Part shown: piece after piece, positions 30,226 through 44,096 of the stretch
Numbering within the stretch: position 1 is the first letter of the stretch
Layout of the letters: each line of letters begins with the position of its first letter
Assembly (NCBI GenBank): GCA_963662315.1
Contig: OY759353.1
Span: forward strand, 3,008,001 to 3,072,000
Reading direction: 5' to 3'
Length of the DNA: 64,000 nucleotides
From: Geopsychrobacteraceae bacterium
GTDB lineage: Bacteria; Desulfobacterota; Desulfuromonadia; Desulfuromonadales; Geopsychrobacteraceae
Notes under the pieces: model-generated
The model's input: only the letters and a program-made list of their open reading frames with translations
What the model was told of the DNA's origin: nothing
Databases searched by the model: none
Position numbers and translations under genes: made by a program

Positions 30226-31182
30226 CTAAAGTCCTCGCTTGGCTTGGGCTGCTTTAAGGCTTGTCTCTATTCTGATTTTTATCGGGAGATCTTTGCTGAA
30301 CAGTGTCGGTTTATCCCCTGCTACATAAATGGATTGTTCCAGAGTATTGATCAATTCCCTGATATTTCCAGGCCAGTCATACAATTTCAACGCCGTCAGG
30401 TATTCAGGGCTCATTGCTTTTGGTTGCTTCGTATTTTTAATGCATAGCCGGGGAAGGTAGTAGGCCGCGAATTCGGGGATATCTGTGGAGCGATCCTTTA
30501 ACGCCGGCAAAGTAATATAACATTGGCTCAGAAGGTCTTTAAGAGCTGGATTCAAACCGCCTTCAGAGACCAGCATATCAAGATCCACCCGACTGCTGGT
30601 AATCAGGCGACAACTGCGATTCGAGGCGGATCCTGATATTTCCTGCCGCAAGATACTCTGTGCCTTCCTATCGAGATCTTCAAGATTGCTGATATACAGA
30701 GTTCCATGGTCCGCCTGGCGGATATGTCTGTTGATTTCCTCCAAATTTACCAGCAACTGCGCTGGTACCCGGATAAAAGGTTTCCCCTTACGCTTGCCGC
30801 TGTTATGGATATATGTTGCGAGGAAGTTTTTCCCTACGCCCGTCTCCCCATGAACAACAACATTCTCATCTCTATCGGCCATTCGCTGGGCAATATCAGC
30901 AATAGTCCTGATCCTGGCGCAACGACCAATCAGGTGCATCTGCTCCTCTGCTGCTGGCAGCGGATACTTTTTCCAGATGTGCAGGCCCCGGTCATCCACC
31001 GTCCACCCTATCTCTTCGGCTTTCATCCCCGGAATACTGCATCTGATTTCCAGATTTTTTAACCAGTTGATCACGCCATCAAGGTGCTGCTGCTTAATTA
31101 TGAGCTGTTCAAGTAATCCTTCCAGGCTGTTTTTGGTGATATTACTCATGTCAGTCCATATCTCCCTGTGGTTACTGTACAT
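30226..31182 (-). CDS. Degenerate sigma54-activator-like AAA+ protein
   Basis: Walker A GETGVGK and YDWPGNIREL are retained. The GAFTGA loop is absent, Walker B reads LYISNLE, and there is no C-terminal HTH. Confidence 0.8.
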   Translation of the reverse strand: MYSNHREIWTDMSNITKNSLEGLLEQLIIKQQHLDGVINWLKNLEIRCSIPGMKAEEIGWTVDDRGLHIWKKYPLPAAEEQMHLIGRCARIRTIADIAQRMADRDENVVVHGETGVGKNFLATYIHNSGKRKGKPFIRVPAQLLVNLEEINRHIRQADHGTLYISNLEDLDRKAQSILRQEISGSASNRSCRLITSSRVDLDMLVSEGGLNPALKDLLSQCYITLPALKDRSTDIPEFAAYYLPRLCIKNTKQPKAMSPEYLTALKLYDWPGNIRELINTLEQSIYVAGDKPTLFSKDLPIKIRIETSLKAAQAKRGL

Positions 31183-31202
31183 TGTTATCTCACCCTGGAA
31201 TT

Positions 31203-31218
31203 AGCATGTGCTATGCCA
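31203..31218 (-). promoter_or_regulatory. Sigma54 promoter upstream of the degenerate activator gene
   Basis: Minus strand reads TGGCATAGCACATGCT (GG-N10-GC). TTACTG-N5-CAGGAA lies at 31288-31304. Confidence 0.7.
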
Positions 31219-31317
31219 ATCATTGCCATAGTAAATTCAGCTACTTAGAAACTAGTATTTAGCAGAAAAAATGATAAATCCTGTTTTTTACTGTGGAACA
31301 GGAATGTGAAGGAAGGG

Positions 31318-32739
31318 TCAGTGTGTCTTGCGGGAAATCTGGTATTTTTTTAACAACGCGTACAGACGCGACTGCGACAACCCAGAAATCTTGCATGCCT
31401 GGCTGATATTGTTACGCGTCACATCCAGCAGCTGCATTAGGTACAGCTGTTCTGCCTGGGCAACAGCCATGTCGCGAAAATCCTGCAGGGGGGGTAAATC
31501 TCCACCATCTGCTGGAATAGCAAAATGTACTGGACTGCTGGCATTCTGTTGTTCCAGCTGACTGCGCCGCACCTGGGCGCGGATATGATTCGGCAGATGC
31601 TTTGGGTACAAAGTCGTATCCTGACTGGCCATGGCAATAATCCGCTCAAGGGTATTGACCAACTCCCTGATATTTCCAGGCCAGGGGTAAAGACTTAACA
31701 CCTCTAGAAAATCTGGGGAAAAATCCTTTTTTGCCAACTTATACCTGTCACAAAAATGATCAACATAGTGCCTGGTGAGGGCAATGATATCATCTTTGCG
31801 TTCGCGTAAAGGTGGCAGTTCAATTACGATCGATTTAATCCGGTAGAGAAGATCACTGCGAAATAGCTCATCCTGTACCATAGCATCGAGATCACGATTG
31901 GTCGCGGCAATCAGCCGAAACTCACTGCTATATTCACGGTGACTTCCTAATGGCCTGAAACGATGCTCCTGCAGAACCCGTAAAAATGCCTTTTGTAACG
32001 TCAGGGGCAGTTCACCTATTTCATCAAGAAACAGGGTTCCTTTATTAGCCTGCAGAATCAACCCCTGCCTGGCGTGATCGGCTCCGGTAAAGGTTCCTTT
32101 TTCATGACCAAACAGCAGGCTTTCCACCAGAGTTTCCGGTAAAGAAGTACAATCGACCACAACAAACGGCTCGTGTCGGCGGCGACTATTATTATGTATA
32201 GCGCGTGCAAATATTTCTTTTCCAGTTCCCGTTTCGCCATGGATAAATACCGTGGCATCGCTATCGGCTGATTGGGCAACCAGATTGAGGCACTCATTGA
32301 GCCTGACACTGTTGCCGATAATTTCGTCCCGCTCTAAAGGAGTCTTTTTAACATTCTTTTCGACCTCACGTTTTTCCTGTCGATATTGCAATGCTCGCTG
32401 CAGGGATAGGGATATTTCCTTGATTGAAAAACCTTTTTCAATGTAATCCCAGGCGCCACTCTTGATCGCTAGTTCGGCTCCGTTCGGATCACCATAACCG
32501 GTCATGATGATCACTTCCGGATGCGACGGACAGTTTTCAAACTTTTCCAGCAATTCTATGCCGTTGCCATCCGGCATTTTGACATCGAGAAAAATGATAT
32601 CAAAATCTTGTTGCTGAGCCGCAAGCAAGGCATTTTGGAGAGTCATTGCCGCGCTGACTTTGTGTCCTTTACGCTCTACCAAGGTACTTAGCGTCGAACA
32701 CATCATCTCATCATCATCGACGATCAGAATAGCTGCCAT
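31318..32739 (-). CDS. Sigma54-dependent response regulator (NtrC family), BccR-like by context
   Basis: Receiver (IFLD), GETGTGKE, LFGHEKGTFTGA, LFLDEIGEL, WPGNIREL and a Fis-type HTH. Confidence 0.93.
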   Translation of the reverse strand: MAAILIVDDDEMMCSTLSTLVERKGHKVSAAMTLQNALLAAQQQDFDIIFLDVKMPDGNGIELLEKFENCPSHPEVIIMTGYGDPNGAELAIKSGAWDYIEKGFSIKEISLSLQRALQYRQEKREVEKNVKKTPLERDEIIGNSVRLNECLNLVAQSADSDATVFIHGETGTGKEIFARAIHNNSRRRHEPFVVVDCTSLPETLVESLLFGHEKGTFTGADHARQGLILQANKGTLFLDEIGELPLTLQKAFLRVLQEHRFRPLGSHREYSSEFRLIAATNRDLDAMVQDELFRSDLLYRIKSIVIELPPLRERKDDIIALTRHYVDHFCDRYKLAKKDFSPDFLEVLSLYPWPGNIRELVNTLERIIAMASQDTTLYPKHLPNHIRAQVRRSQLEQQNASSPVHFAIPADGGDLPPLQDFRDMAVAQAEQLYLMQLLDVTRNNISQACKISGLSQSRLYALLKKYQISRKTH

Positions 32740-32789
32740 ACCTGCTCCGCTGTGTGAATTATCTGTTCATCGCTACCAGCAAGAAACTG

Positions 32790-35099
32790 TTATTGATCAG
32801 TTTTTCCAGCCATCACGTCCTGAATCACTTTTTGTAATTCATTTTTTTCCACCGGTTTTATCAGTACCTTATCGATTCCTATTTCATTGATGCTTTGCTG
32901 ACTGAGGGTGGGATCAGATTCCGCTGTACCAGTGCACAATATGACAGGTAGATCCGGCCGTTTTTTATGGACCTGCATGACGAGAGCAGCCCCGGTCATT
33001 TGAGGCATCGTCTGGTCGGTGATCATCAGATCAAATCGTTGCTTTTCATCCTGGACTAATTTCAACGCCGTGCTTGGAGAGTTCGCAACCATGACAAAAT
33101 GGCCCGCTCGTTCCAGAATCTGCTTCATTCCCGTGCAATAATCTGCTTCATCATCAACAAACAGGATCGAGCCTTGCCATGGTTTGTCAGTTTCAGACCG
33201 TTTGACGGGCGGATCTGCATTCCGATGGATAATCTGGGGCAAATATATAACAAAAGTCGTTCCGACATTTTCAATACTGTTAACACTGATATGACCACCA
33301 TGATTTTTAATAATACCATGAGCTATTGCCAAGCCGAGGCCTGTCCCTTTGCCTTGTCCCTTGGTGGTAAAAAACGGGTCGAATATGCGTTCGAGAACAT
33401 CCCGTGACATGCCTTGTCCACTATCAGCAATGATCAGCTTCAGGTAATTTCCATATTCAAGACCAGGAAAACGGCCCTGATCTATACTAGAAATGACTGC
33501 ATCTTCAAGGCTGATGTCTAGAATACCACCGCGAAAACGCATTGCATCGTCGGCATTGGTACACAAATTCATGATGACCTGATGAATCTGGGTTGGATCT
33601 GCTTCTATCCAGCTATTCTCTGCCGAAAAGGACTGCCTGATTTCAACCGTTGCCGGCAACATGGGGCGCAGCATACTTGTGCATTCCCTGATGATGTCAG
33701 CTAAATTCACTGCACTCTTGGGTTGTTCACTTTTGCGGCTAAATGATAGAAACTGTTTGATCAGATGTTTTCCGCGTAGTCCTGCCTTATGAACCAGTTC
33801 CAAAGATTTCCTGCTTATGTCATCCTCACTTAAATCCTCCAGGCACATTTCGACATTCGTCAGAACAATAGCGAGAATATTGTTGAAATCATGTGCTATA
33901 CCGCTAGATAAGGTGGCCAATGCTTCCATCTTCTGCGCCTGACGCAACTGACGTTCCAGATCAACTTCATGTGTCACATCCCGGATCATGGCGACATAAC
34001 GGACAACATGGCCATCTTCAGCAAAAATCGGCGCAATTCTGGCGTCTATATCATAAAATTTACCATCGCGGTTTTTATTGACGAAATGGCCCACTACGGC
34101 TTTATTATTTTTAAAAACCTGTAAAAGCGCCAGATAGAATTCCTGGTTGCGTTGCGCACATTCAAATTCATGAATCTGGAAACCGACTCCTTCTTCTGCC
34201 GGTACCCCGCATAGCTCGGTAAACCTCGGATTGATGTACTGGATAATCCCCTTGTCATTAAAGGTAATAATCCCGTCCGAAGCTTGATCCATCACCGTCG
34301 CCAGCATCAATCTTTCCGCTACTTCCCTGGCACGCGCGACCTTGGTTCTTAGTGCGATTAAGCCATAAGCGAGATCGTCTGCCAATTCCACCAACAGTTC
34401 TGTTTCCTCATAATCAAAAGCATTTTTTTTCTCATCGTAAATGACCAGGGCAGCAAACGGTTCATCATTATCTTTCAGAGGTACTGCAATGCAGGAATTA
34501 AACCCGGCTTTGGCTACTGCCTTGCGCCAGGGCTCATACGGTAATTCACTGATCAGGTTTTGAAATATGGTTATCTCATTTTTCCTGATACAGATACCTG
34601 CAGGGCCCTGTCCCAAGGTGTTTTCGGCCCAACTCACCTGTAGATGATCGAAAAATTCGCCGCTTTCGCCCCAATTAGCAGCAGGTACCACCTTTTTTTC
34701 CACATCGTTGCACCTGAGCCCTACCCATGCCATTCGATGTTCCCCCACCTCTACACAAATCCGACAAATTCCGGTCATCAGCTGTTGCTCATTATCGGTT
34801 CTGGTCAGCGCTTTAGTACATTCACTAAAACTTTTTAATGATCGGTTTATTTTGCGCAAAGACGCTTCAGATTCAGTGCTGACAACATCCCAGTAGCGCA
34901 ATAAGGCATACAGTAATCCACTTGTGAAAATGATAAAAAACCAGTGAGTTGGCCCTGCTTCGCTGTTGGCAAGTTCTGTTTTATTTAAAAGAATGGCAAA
35001 GACTTGATGGGAAAAGAGTGTCCAGATCGAACTCAGGATAAAATATATCAGAGCGACCATAAAACTCGAATAGCGGATGGATCTGCATTTATAGGCCAT
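32790..35099 (-). CDS. Hybrid sensor histidine kinase (TM-GAF-PAS-HisKA-HATPase-REC)
   Basis: [30 protein letters not shown] and a C-terminal receiver MITDQTMP. Confidence 0.93.
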   Translation of the reverse strand: MAYKCRSIRYSSFMVALIYFILSSIWTLFSHQVFAILLNKTELANSEAGPTHWFFIIFTSGLLYALLRYWDVVSTESEASLRKINRSLKSFSECTKALTRTDNEQQLMTGICRICVEVGEHRMAWVGLRCNDVEKKVVPAANWGESGEFFDHLQVSWAENTLGQGPAGICIRKNEITIFQNLISELPYEPWRKAVAKAGFNSCIAVPLKDNDEPFAALVIYDEKKNAFDYEETELLVELADDLAYGLIALRTKVARAREVAERLMLATVMDQASDGIITFNDKGIIQYINPRFTELCGVPAEEGVGFQIHEFECAQRNQEFYLALLQVFKNNKAVVGHFVNKNRDGKFYDIDARIAPIFAEDGHVVRYVAMIRDVTHEVDLERQLRQAQKMEALATLSSGIAHDFNNILAIVLTNVEMCLEDLSEDDISRKSLELVHKAGLRGKHLIKQFLSFSRKSEQPKSAVNLADIIRECTSMLRPMLPATVEIRQSFSAENSWIEADPTQIHQVIMNLCTNADDAMRFRGGILDISLEDAVISSIDQGRFPGLEYGNYLKLIIADSGQGMSRDVLERIFDPFFTTKGQGKGTGLGLAIAHGIIKNHGGHISVNSIENVGTTFVIYLPQIIHRNADPPVKRSETDKPWQGSILFVDDEADYCTGMKQILERAGHFVMVANSPSTALKLVQDEKQRFDLMITDQTMPQMTGAALVMQVHKKRPDLPVILCTGTAESDPTLSQQSINEIGIDKVLIKPVEKNELQKVIQDVMAGKTDQ

Positions 35100-35196
35100 A
35101 GGCTTATTCCATCACAGAAAATTTAATGGGTCTGCTACGCTACTAATAATTAAAGTTTTTTTTCCAGATATGTCAACCTCTCAGCAAATTATCCAT

Positions 35197-35224
35197 AAAA
35201 AAAGCCCTCTCTAAGGAGGGCTTT
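35197..35224 (-). terminator. Intrinsic terminator of the atp operon
   Basis: Stem AAAGCCCTC...GAGGGCTTT preceded by an A7 run. Confidence 0.8.
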
Positions 35225-35250
35225 GCATTCAAATAATTCTTATTATCTGT

Positions 35251-35661
35251 TTACTGATTGCGACTGGCAACCTGAATACGGATTAAAGCACGCTGTAGCG
35301 CTGCCTCCATAATGGCATGCTGTTTATCGTCAGCAGCCATTTTTTTCAGGGCATCTTCAGCGCGGCCTAAAGCAGCCTTGGCTCGATTCAGATCAATCTC
35401 ATCAGCTTTCTCAGCCGTATCAACCAACACAGTGACTGTTTCCTCTTCAACCTCAAGATAACCCCAGTTCACCGCAACGTGATAAGATTGATTTCCCTTT
35501 TTATACGTCAGCTCGCCAACCTTTAAGGTTGTCAGAAGTGGGGTGTGCCCTGGCAAAATTCCCAGCTCGCCAATTAGCCCCGGAGCAGTCAGTTCATCGA
35601 CCTCTTCTGAAAGAACCTTTTTATAAGGTGTCACCATTTCCAGTTTTAATTTTTCTGCCAT
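35251..35661 (-). CDS. atpC: ATP synthase epsilon subunit
   Basis: LEMVTP and GELGILPGHTPL, plus operon position. Confidence 0.95.
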   Translation of the reverse strand: MAEKLKLEMVTPYKKVLSEEVDELTAPGLIGELGILPGHTPLLTTLKVGELTYKKGNQSYHVAVNWGYLEVEEETVTVLVDTAEKADEIDLNRAKAALGRAEDALKKMAADDKQHAIMEAALQRALIRIQVASRNQ

Positions 35662-35699
35662 CGGGACACAGTCCTTTTATCGTGGTTAGGCAGCTATAA

Positions 35700-38040
<2,341 letters not shown>

Positions 38041-38059
38041 CTGTTCAACCTTTTAGATA

Positions 38060-39577
<1,518 letters not shown>

Positions 39578-40120
39578 TCACCCCTTTGCTAAGGTATCTG
39601 CAATCCGTTTCAGCTGGGTCTTTACACTACCATCAAATAGTTTTCCACCCATTTCAGCTTGTAAACCACCTATCAGGCTCTCGTCTTTTTCGATATTGAG
39701 TACAATCTTTTTTCCGGTCTGTTTTTCAAGACCCGCCTGAATTTCTTCTGTTTTAGCTGGTGGCAGATCATGAGCGGCTGTAATTCGTGCCCGAATCACT
39801 CCTGAACGTTCATCGGCAAAACGACAGAAACTTGCCTCAATATCTGGAAGAGCGGTTATCCGGCCCTTTTCAACAAGCAGATCGAGAAAGTTGCTCATTC
39901 CTTCATTCAATTTGAGCAACTTACCGATATCGTTGACAATAGCCAGTTTCTTATTAACATCGAATGTCGGACTATCAAGTAATAACCTTAGTAGGTCATT
40001 TTCTTTGATAACCGCTGTTATGTCAGAAAGCTCTCTCGTATACTGATCTATCGCATTCTGGTCTGCAGCAATACTGATCAGTGCTTTAGCGTATCTTATG
40101 GCAACGGCACCGTGACTCAA
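39578..40120 (-). CDS. atpH: ATP synthase delta subunit
   Basis: RYAKAL, LIGG and DGSVKTQL. Confidence 0.95.
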   Translation of the reverse strand: MSHGAVAIRYAKALISIAADQNAIDQYTRELSDITAVIKENDLLRLLLDSPTFDVNKKLAIVNDIGKLLKLNEGMSNFLDLLVEKGRITALPDIEASFCRFADERSGVIRARITAAHDLPPAKTEEIQAGLEKQTGKKIVLNIEKDESLIGGLQAEMGGKLFDGSVKTQLKRIADTLAKG

Positions 40121-40704
40121 TGTAACTCTCCCACTTTTTTCACATATTCATCAATTAAGCGAGCGTCATCGTCTTTATTAAAGTTATTCATCAATAACTG
40201 TTCTGCCAGGCCTACTGCCAATTGAACAGCCTCACGCTGCAATTGTTCTTTGGCTCTGGAGATTTCCAGGTTCACAGCAGCTTCTGCATCTTTTTCAATC
40301 TTGACTGCGGCGGCTTTAGCATTTTGAATAATTTTCTCTTTTTCCAACTCACCTTCACGCTGGATAGCAGCACTAATTTCCGCTATTTCTTCTGTGGCTT
40401 GAGTCAGTTTACGATCATATTCTGCAAATTTTGCTTCAGCTTCTTCCTTTGCTTTCTTAGCCTCTGCGAGATTTTTTTCAATCTCTTTGGTCCGCCCCGA
40501 CAAACCATTTTTTAATGGCTTTGCCAGGAAAAACCACAATATACCAACCACGATAGCAAAGTTTAAAACCCGGTAGAGGAAGTCCTTTAATAGAACTCCA
40601 CTGTCTGCGTGATGCTCACCACCAGAAGCAACAGCTACTCCCACAAAGATTGTCATGAACATTACGGTTAATAGAATGGTTCTGGTTTTACAGTTAAGCA
40701 TCAT
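40117..40704 (-). CDS. atpF: ATP synthase F0 subunit b
   Basis: N-terminal extension, TM segment RVLNFAIVVGILWFF and a long coiled coil. Confidence 0.9.
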   Translation of the reverse strand: MMLNCKTRTILLTVMFMTIFVGVAVASGGEHHADSGVLLKDFLYRVLNFAIVVGILWFFLAKPLKNGLSGRTKEIEKNLAEAKKAKEEAEAKFAEYDRKLTQATEEIAEISAAIQREGELEKEKIIQNAKAAAVKIEKDAEAAVNLEISRAKEQLQREAVQLAVGLAEQLLMNNFNKDDDARLIDEYVKKVGELH

Positions 40705-40722
40705 GGGAACCGTCCTTATCGG

Positions 40723-41151
40723 TTAAGCTATTTTGCGTCCTAAAATCTTGGTTGCAATGTCGTTGGCCAGAATTTCCGTATTGGCTTTTAAAGTTTCACT
40801 TGCAACCAAAGCTTGTTCATTGACTTTATCTCTTATCTGACTGATACGCTCAGAAGCTTTATTGTGCGCTTCTGCAAGGATTTCATGTTCCTGTTCGGAA
40901 GCTACTTTTTTCAGAGCATCTCGCTCAGAAGCAGCAGCAGCTTTGGCACTCTGCAGTTGTTCTTGATACTTCTGCATTTTGATATCGATATCTGCCTGAA
41001 GATCTTTTGCGGTTTTTTTGGCAGACTCGATAGTATGAGATCTTTCGCGAAGAATTTTTTGCAGGGGCTTATAAAGAATTTGATTTAGAACGATCAGAAG
41101 GACTAGAAAATTAACCATCTGTAACCCGAGGGTCCAGTCTACACTTATCAC
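40723..41151 (-). CDS. ATP synthase F0 subunit b'
   Basis: QMVNFLVLLIVLNQILYKPL followed by a coiled coil. First gene of the operon. Confidence 0.88.
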   Translation of the reverse strand: MISVDWTLGLQMVNFLVLLIVLNQILYKPLQKILRERSHTIESAKKTAKDLQADIDIKMQKYQEQLQSAKAAAASERDALKKVASEQEHEILAEAHNKASERISQIRDKVNEQALVASETLKANTEILANDIATKILGRKIA

Positions 41152-41182
41152 CGAGTTTACCTCTCTTCATGAAAGCACAGTT

Positions 41183-41197
41183 TGTATACTGTATACA
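41183..41197. promoter_or_regulatory. Palindromic operator-like site TGTATAC-T-GTATACA in the atp leader
   Basis: Perfect 7-bp arms. Lies between a minus-strand TTGACA (41263-41268) and the b' start. Exact reverse complement of 25631-25645. Confidence 0.7.
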
Positions 41198-41298
41198 CTA
41201 AAAATCAAAATAAACGGGGTCACCGACTTGGAACGGCTTTACTAACATTTTTTTTATTTTTTTGTCAACCTGCTTTTTCTTTTAGTTCACTAAATACG

Positions 41299-41718
41299 TC
41301 ATTTTTTTTTAATAGCGGATTGTTGTTCCGCGTTATTATTTACTGTTTGGGTCATGGAAATCTGACCGTTAAAAAGAACTTTATCCTCCATGATTAAGGA
41401 TTTTGTCTCTATTGATCCTGTTACACTTGCCGGATTTCTTAAATCAACCTTATTTGAGGCTTTTATATCACCTTTAAATTTACCACTAAGGATTAATACA
41501 CCAACTGCAATCTTCCCTTCGATTTCAGCACTTTCTCCAACAATCAACGTATCAGTCGATGTTATTTCTCCGGTAAATTTACCGTCCAGCCTGACCATTT
41601 CGTCAAAACTTAATTTCCCCTCAAAACAGCTTCCAGCACCAAGAAATGCTTTAATTTCAGCTTTATCAATGGCGGTTGGTTTTTTCACGGGCATATTTTC
41701 CTTTTTTTTATTGAACAT
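41299..41718 (-). CDS. Bactofilin (polymer-forming cytoskeletal protein)
   Basis: Beta-helix pattern FLGAGSCFEGKLSF...VRLDGKFTGEI...LIVGESAEIEG. Follows parB. Confidence 0.88.
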   Translation of the reverse strand: MFNKKKENMPVKKPTAIDKAEIKAFLGAGSCFEGKLSFDEMVRLDGKFTGEITSTDTLIVGESAEIEGKIAVGVLILSGKFKGDIKASNKVDLRNPASVTGSIETKSLIMEDKVLFNGQISMTQTVNNNAEQQSAIKKK

Positions 41719-41729
41719 TTCATTTCCAG

Positions 41730-42605
41730 TTAAATTGAAAGTCCCAACAATTCAAGAATACGTTCAAGTTCCTCCTGGGTACCAAAGTTAATTTCTATTT
41801 TCCCCCCTTTCCCCTTTCTGGCTAATTTGACCTGCGTAGCAAAATGTTGTTTCAAGCATTGTTCCAATTCCAGAGCATCTGGATCCAGTCGGGGCGTTGC
41901 CGGTTCAGGCTTAATCCTGTTTGATTCTGTAAAGTTTTTGATCTTTTTGATTAATTTTTCGGTCTCTCGAACTGACAGTTTTTTTTGAATGACCTGATCA
42001 GCAGCTTCCAATATGTCTTCTTCATTTTCAAGAGATAATAAAGCCCTCGCATGCCCCATGGTTAATGTTGCACTCTGCAAATGGTCTTTAATCTTTTCTG
42101 GTAGCCTTAATAACCGAAGAGAATTGGCGACGGTGGAACGTTCTTTTCCAACTCTTTTTGCAACTTCTTCCTGAACCAGATCAAAATTTTCCATCAGATA
42201 TCGATAAGCACTTGCTTCTTCCAATGGATTTAGGTCTTCCCTTTGAATATTTTCTATCAGGGCCATTTCAAGCGCCCAATCTTCACTAACATCTTGAATA
42301 ACCACAGGAACTCGATCAAGCGATGCTTTTTGTGCTGCACGCCAACGTCTTTCTCCTGCGATTATTTGGTAATATTCTCCTTGCTGTCTGACGACCAAAG
42401 GTTGAATGATACCTTTTTCTTTAATGGAAGAGACGAGTTCCGCCATCTTTTTATCATCAAAGGTCTTGCGCGGCTGTTGACTGTGGGGCCTTAGTTCTTC
42501 AATTGGGCATAAAAAGTATTTTTTACCCCCTTCTTGCGCCGCGGAGCTCAACAGGGCTCCTATTCCTTTTCCTAACGCTGGTCTTTTGGGTTTTGTCATC
42601 GTCAT
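41730..42605 (-). CDS. parB: Chromosome partitioning protein ParB
   Basis: LGKGIGALL, QPRKTF, AGERRWRAA and ENIQREDLNPLEEA. Confidence 0.96.
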   Translation of the reverse strand: MTMTKPKRPALGKGIGALLSSAAQEGGKKYFLCPIEELRPHSQQPRKTFDDKKMAELVSSIKEKGIIQPLVVRQQGEYYQIIAGERRWRAAQKASLDRVPVVIQDVSEDWALEMALIENIQREDLNPLEEASAYRYLMENFDLVQEEVAKRVGKERSTVANSLRLLRLPEKIKDHLQSATLTMGHARALLSLENEEDILEAADQVIQKKLSVRETEKLIKKIKNFTESNRIKPEPATPRLDPDALELEQCLKQHFATQVKLARKGKGGKIEINFGTQEELERILELLGLSI

Positions 42606-42610
42606 TATAT

Positions 42611-43372
42611 TTACGCTCCCGCCACGATTTCCTTGGCTAAATCCATGTAAGCTTTTGCTCCCTTTGACCCAATATCATACATGAGAACAGGTAATCCATA
42701 GCTCGGGGCTTCCGACAATCGAACATTTCTTGGAATTACGGATTCAAAAACTTTATCTCCAAAATGATTTCTCATTTCGTCACTGACCTGGTGGCAGAGA
42801 TTATTTCGACCATCGAACATGGTCAATAATATCCCGTCGATTTTTAGTCCAGGGTTTAACTCCTGTTGAACAATGCGTATGGTCTGCATTAATTGGCCCA
42901 GCCCCTCCATTGCGTAAAATTCGCATTGTAATGGAACCAATACAGTATGAGCTGCAGTTAATGCATTGACAGTCAGCAAACCTAAAGAAGGAGGACAATC
43001 AATAATAATAAAATCATATGCCTCAGAAACTTCGTCTACAGCTTTTTTTAACTTTTTTTCTCTATCCGAATTGCTGATCAACTCTATTTCTGCACCGATC
43101 AGATTGGTATTTGAAGGGACGACTGTGAGATAACCAAGTTCTGTCGGCTGCATAACCTCTTGAATTGAGGATTCTTCCAACAAAACATCATAAATCGTTG
43201 ATAATACTGCTGTTTTATCAATACCTATGCCACTGCAGGCATTAGCCTGAGGATCCATATCAATGAGCAATGTATTTTTTTCAGCTGCGGCAAGAGAGGC
43301 GGCTAAGTTTACCGAAGTCGTAGTTTTACCTACCCCACCCTTCTGGTTGGCTATGGCAATAATTTTGGCCAT
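42611..43372 (-). CDS. parA: Chromosome partitioning ATPase ParA/Soj
   Basis: MAKIIAIANQKGGVGKTT, DCPPSLG and RNVRLSEAPS. AGGAG precedes ATG 43372. Confidence 0.96.
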   Translation of the reverse strand: MAKIIAIANQKGGVGKTTTSVNLAASLAAAEKNTLLIDMDPQANACSGIGIDKTAVLSTIYDVLLEESSIQEVMQPTELGYLTVVPSNTNLIGAEIELISNSDREKKLKKAVDEVSEAYDFIIIDCPPSLGLLTVNALTAAHTVLVPLQCEFYAMEGLGQLMQTIRIVQQELNPGLKIDGILLTMFDGRNNLCHQVSDEMRNHFGDKVFESVIPRNVRLSEAPSYGLPVLMYDIGSKGAKAYMDLAKEIVAGA

Positions 43373-43466
43373 TTTCAACTCCTTATCTTGAAAGATCAAA
43401 CAAAAGACAGGGAAAGATATCACACCTTAAGGTGAAATTCAGCCTCTATAATAGAAAAATACCATT

Positions 43467-44096
43467 TTAGCGTGTAAGAATTATGATGGATCTTCTTGCT
43501 CTTGACCGTGGAAGTTCATAATCATAAAGCTCAATCTTATTATAGGCCGATATTATATGAGTATTTTGAAGCTGCGCTATTTCTTCCACACCTTCAGGAC
43601 CCTTCATAGAAATTATCTTTTTTTCAATAATGTGCTCTGAAATTTCAATAAAGTTTTTTAAGGAGGAAAAAGCCCGACTTATCGATGCTTGGTATTTTTT
43701 TGTTTCTATGGCTAATTTTTCAGCTCTACACTGTTGAACAATAAAATTATCAAGATTCAATTTTCTTTTGATATGTTTTTGAAAATTGACTTTTTTACCA
43801 ACACTCTCTATCGATATGACGTGTATGTCAGGACATATCAGAGCTATTAAGATACCAGGCAACCCTGCTCCTGACCCTATATCCAACAGTTCAGTAATAC
43901 CATTCAAATAAGGAATGACGGACAAACAATCATAGATATGCTTTTCATATATTTCTTGAATATTAGTAATTGCTGTTAAATTGATACTGGCATTCCACTT
44001 TAACAATTCTGCAACATATACTTCTATAGCTGCTAACTGTTCAGCTTTTATTAAAACACCAATATTTAGCAGTTGTTCAGTGAGTTCTTTTTGCAT
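43467..44096 (-). CDS. rsmG: 16S rRNA m7G527 methyltransferase
   Basis: WNASINLTAI, DIGSGAGLPG and SRAF. Confidence 0.93.
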   Translation of the reverse strand: MQKELTEQLLNIGVLIKAEQLAAIEVYVAELLKWNASINLTAITNIQEIYEKHIYDCLSVIPYLNGITELLDIGSGAGLPGILIALICPDIHVISIESVGKKVNFQKHIKRKLNLDNFIVQQCRAEKLAIETKKYQASISRAFSSLKNFIEISEHIIEKKIISMKGPEGVEEIAQLQNTHIISAYNKIELYDYELPRSRARRSIIILTR

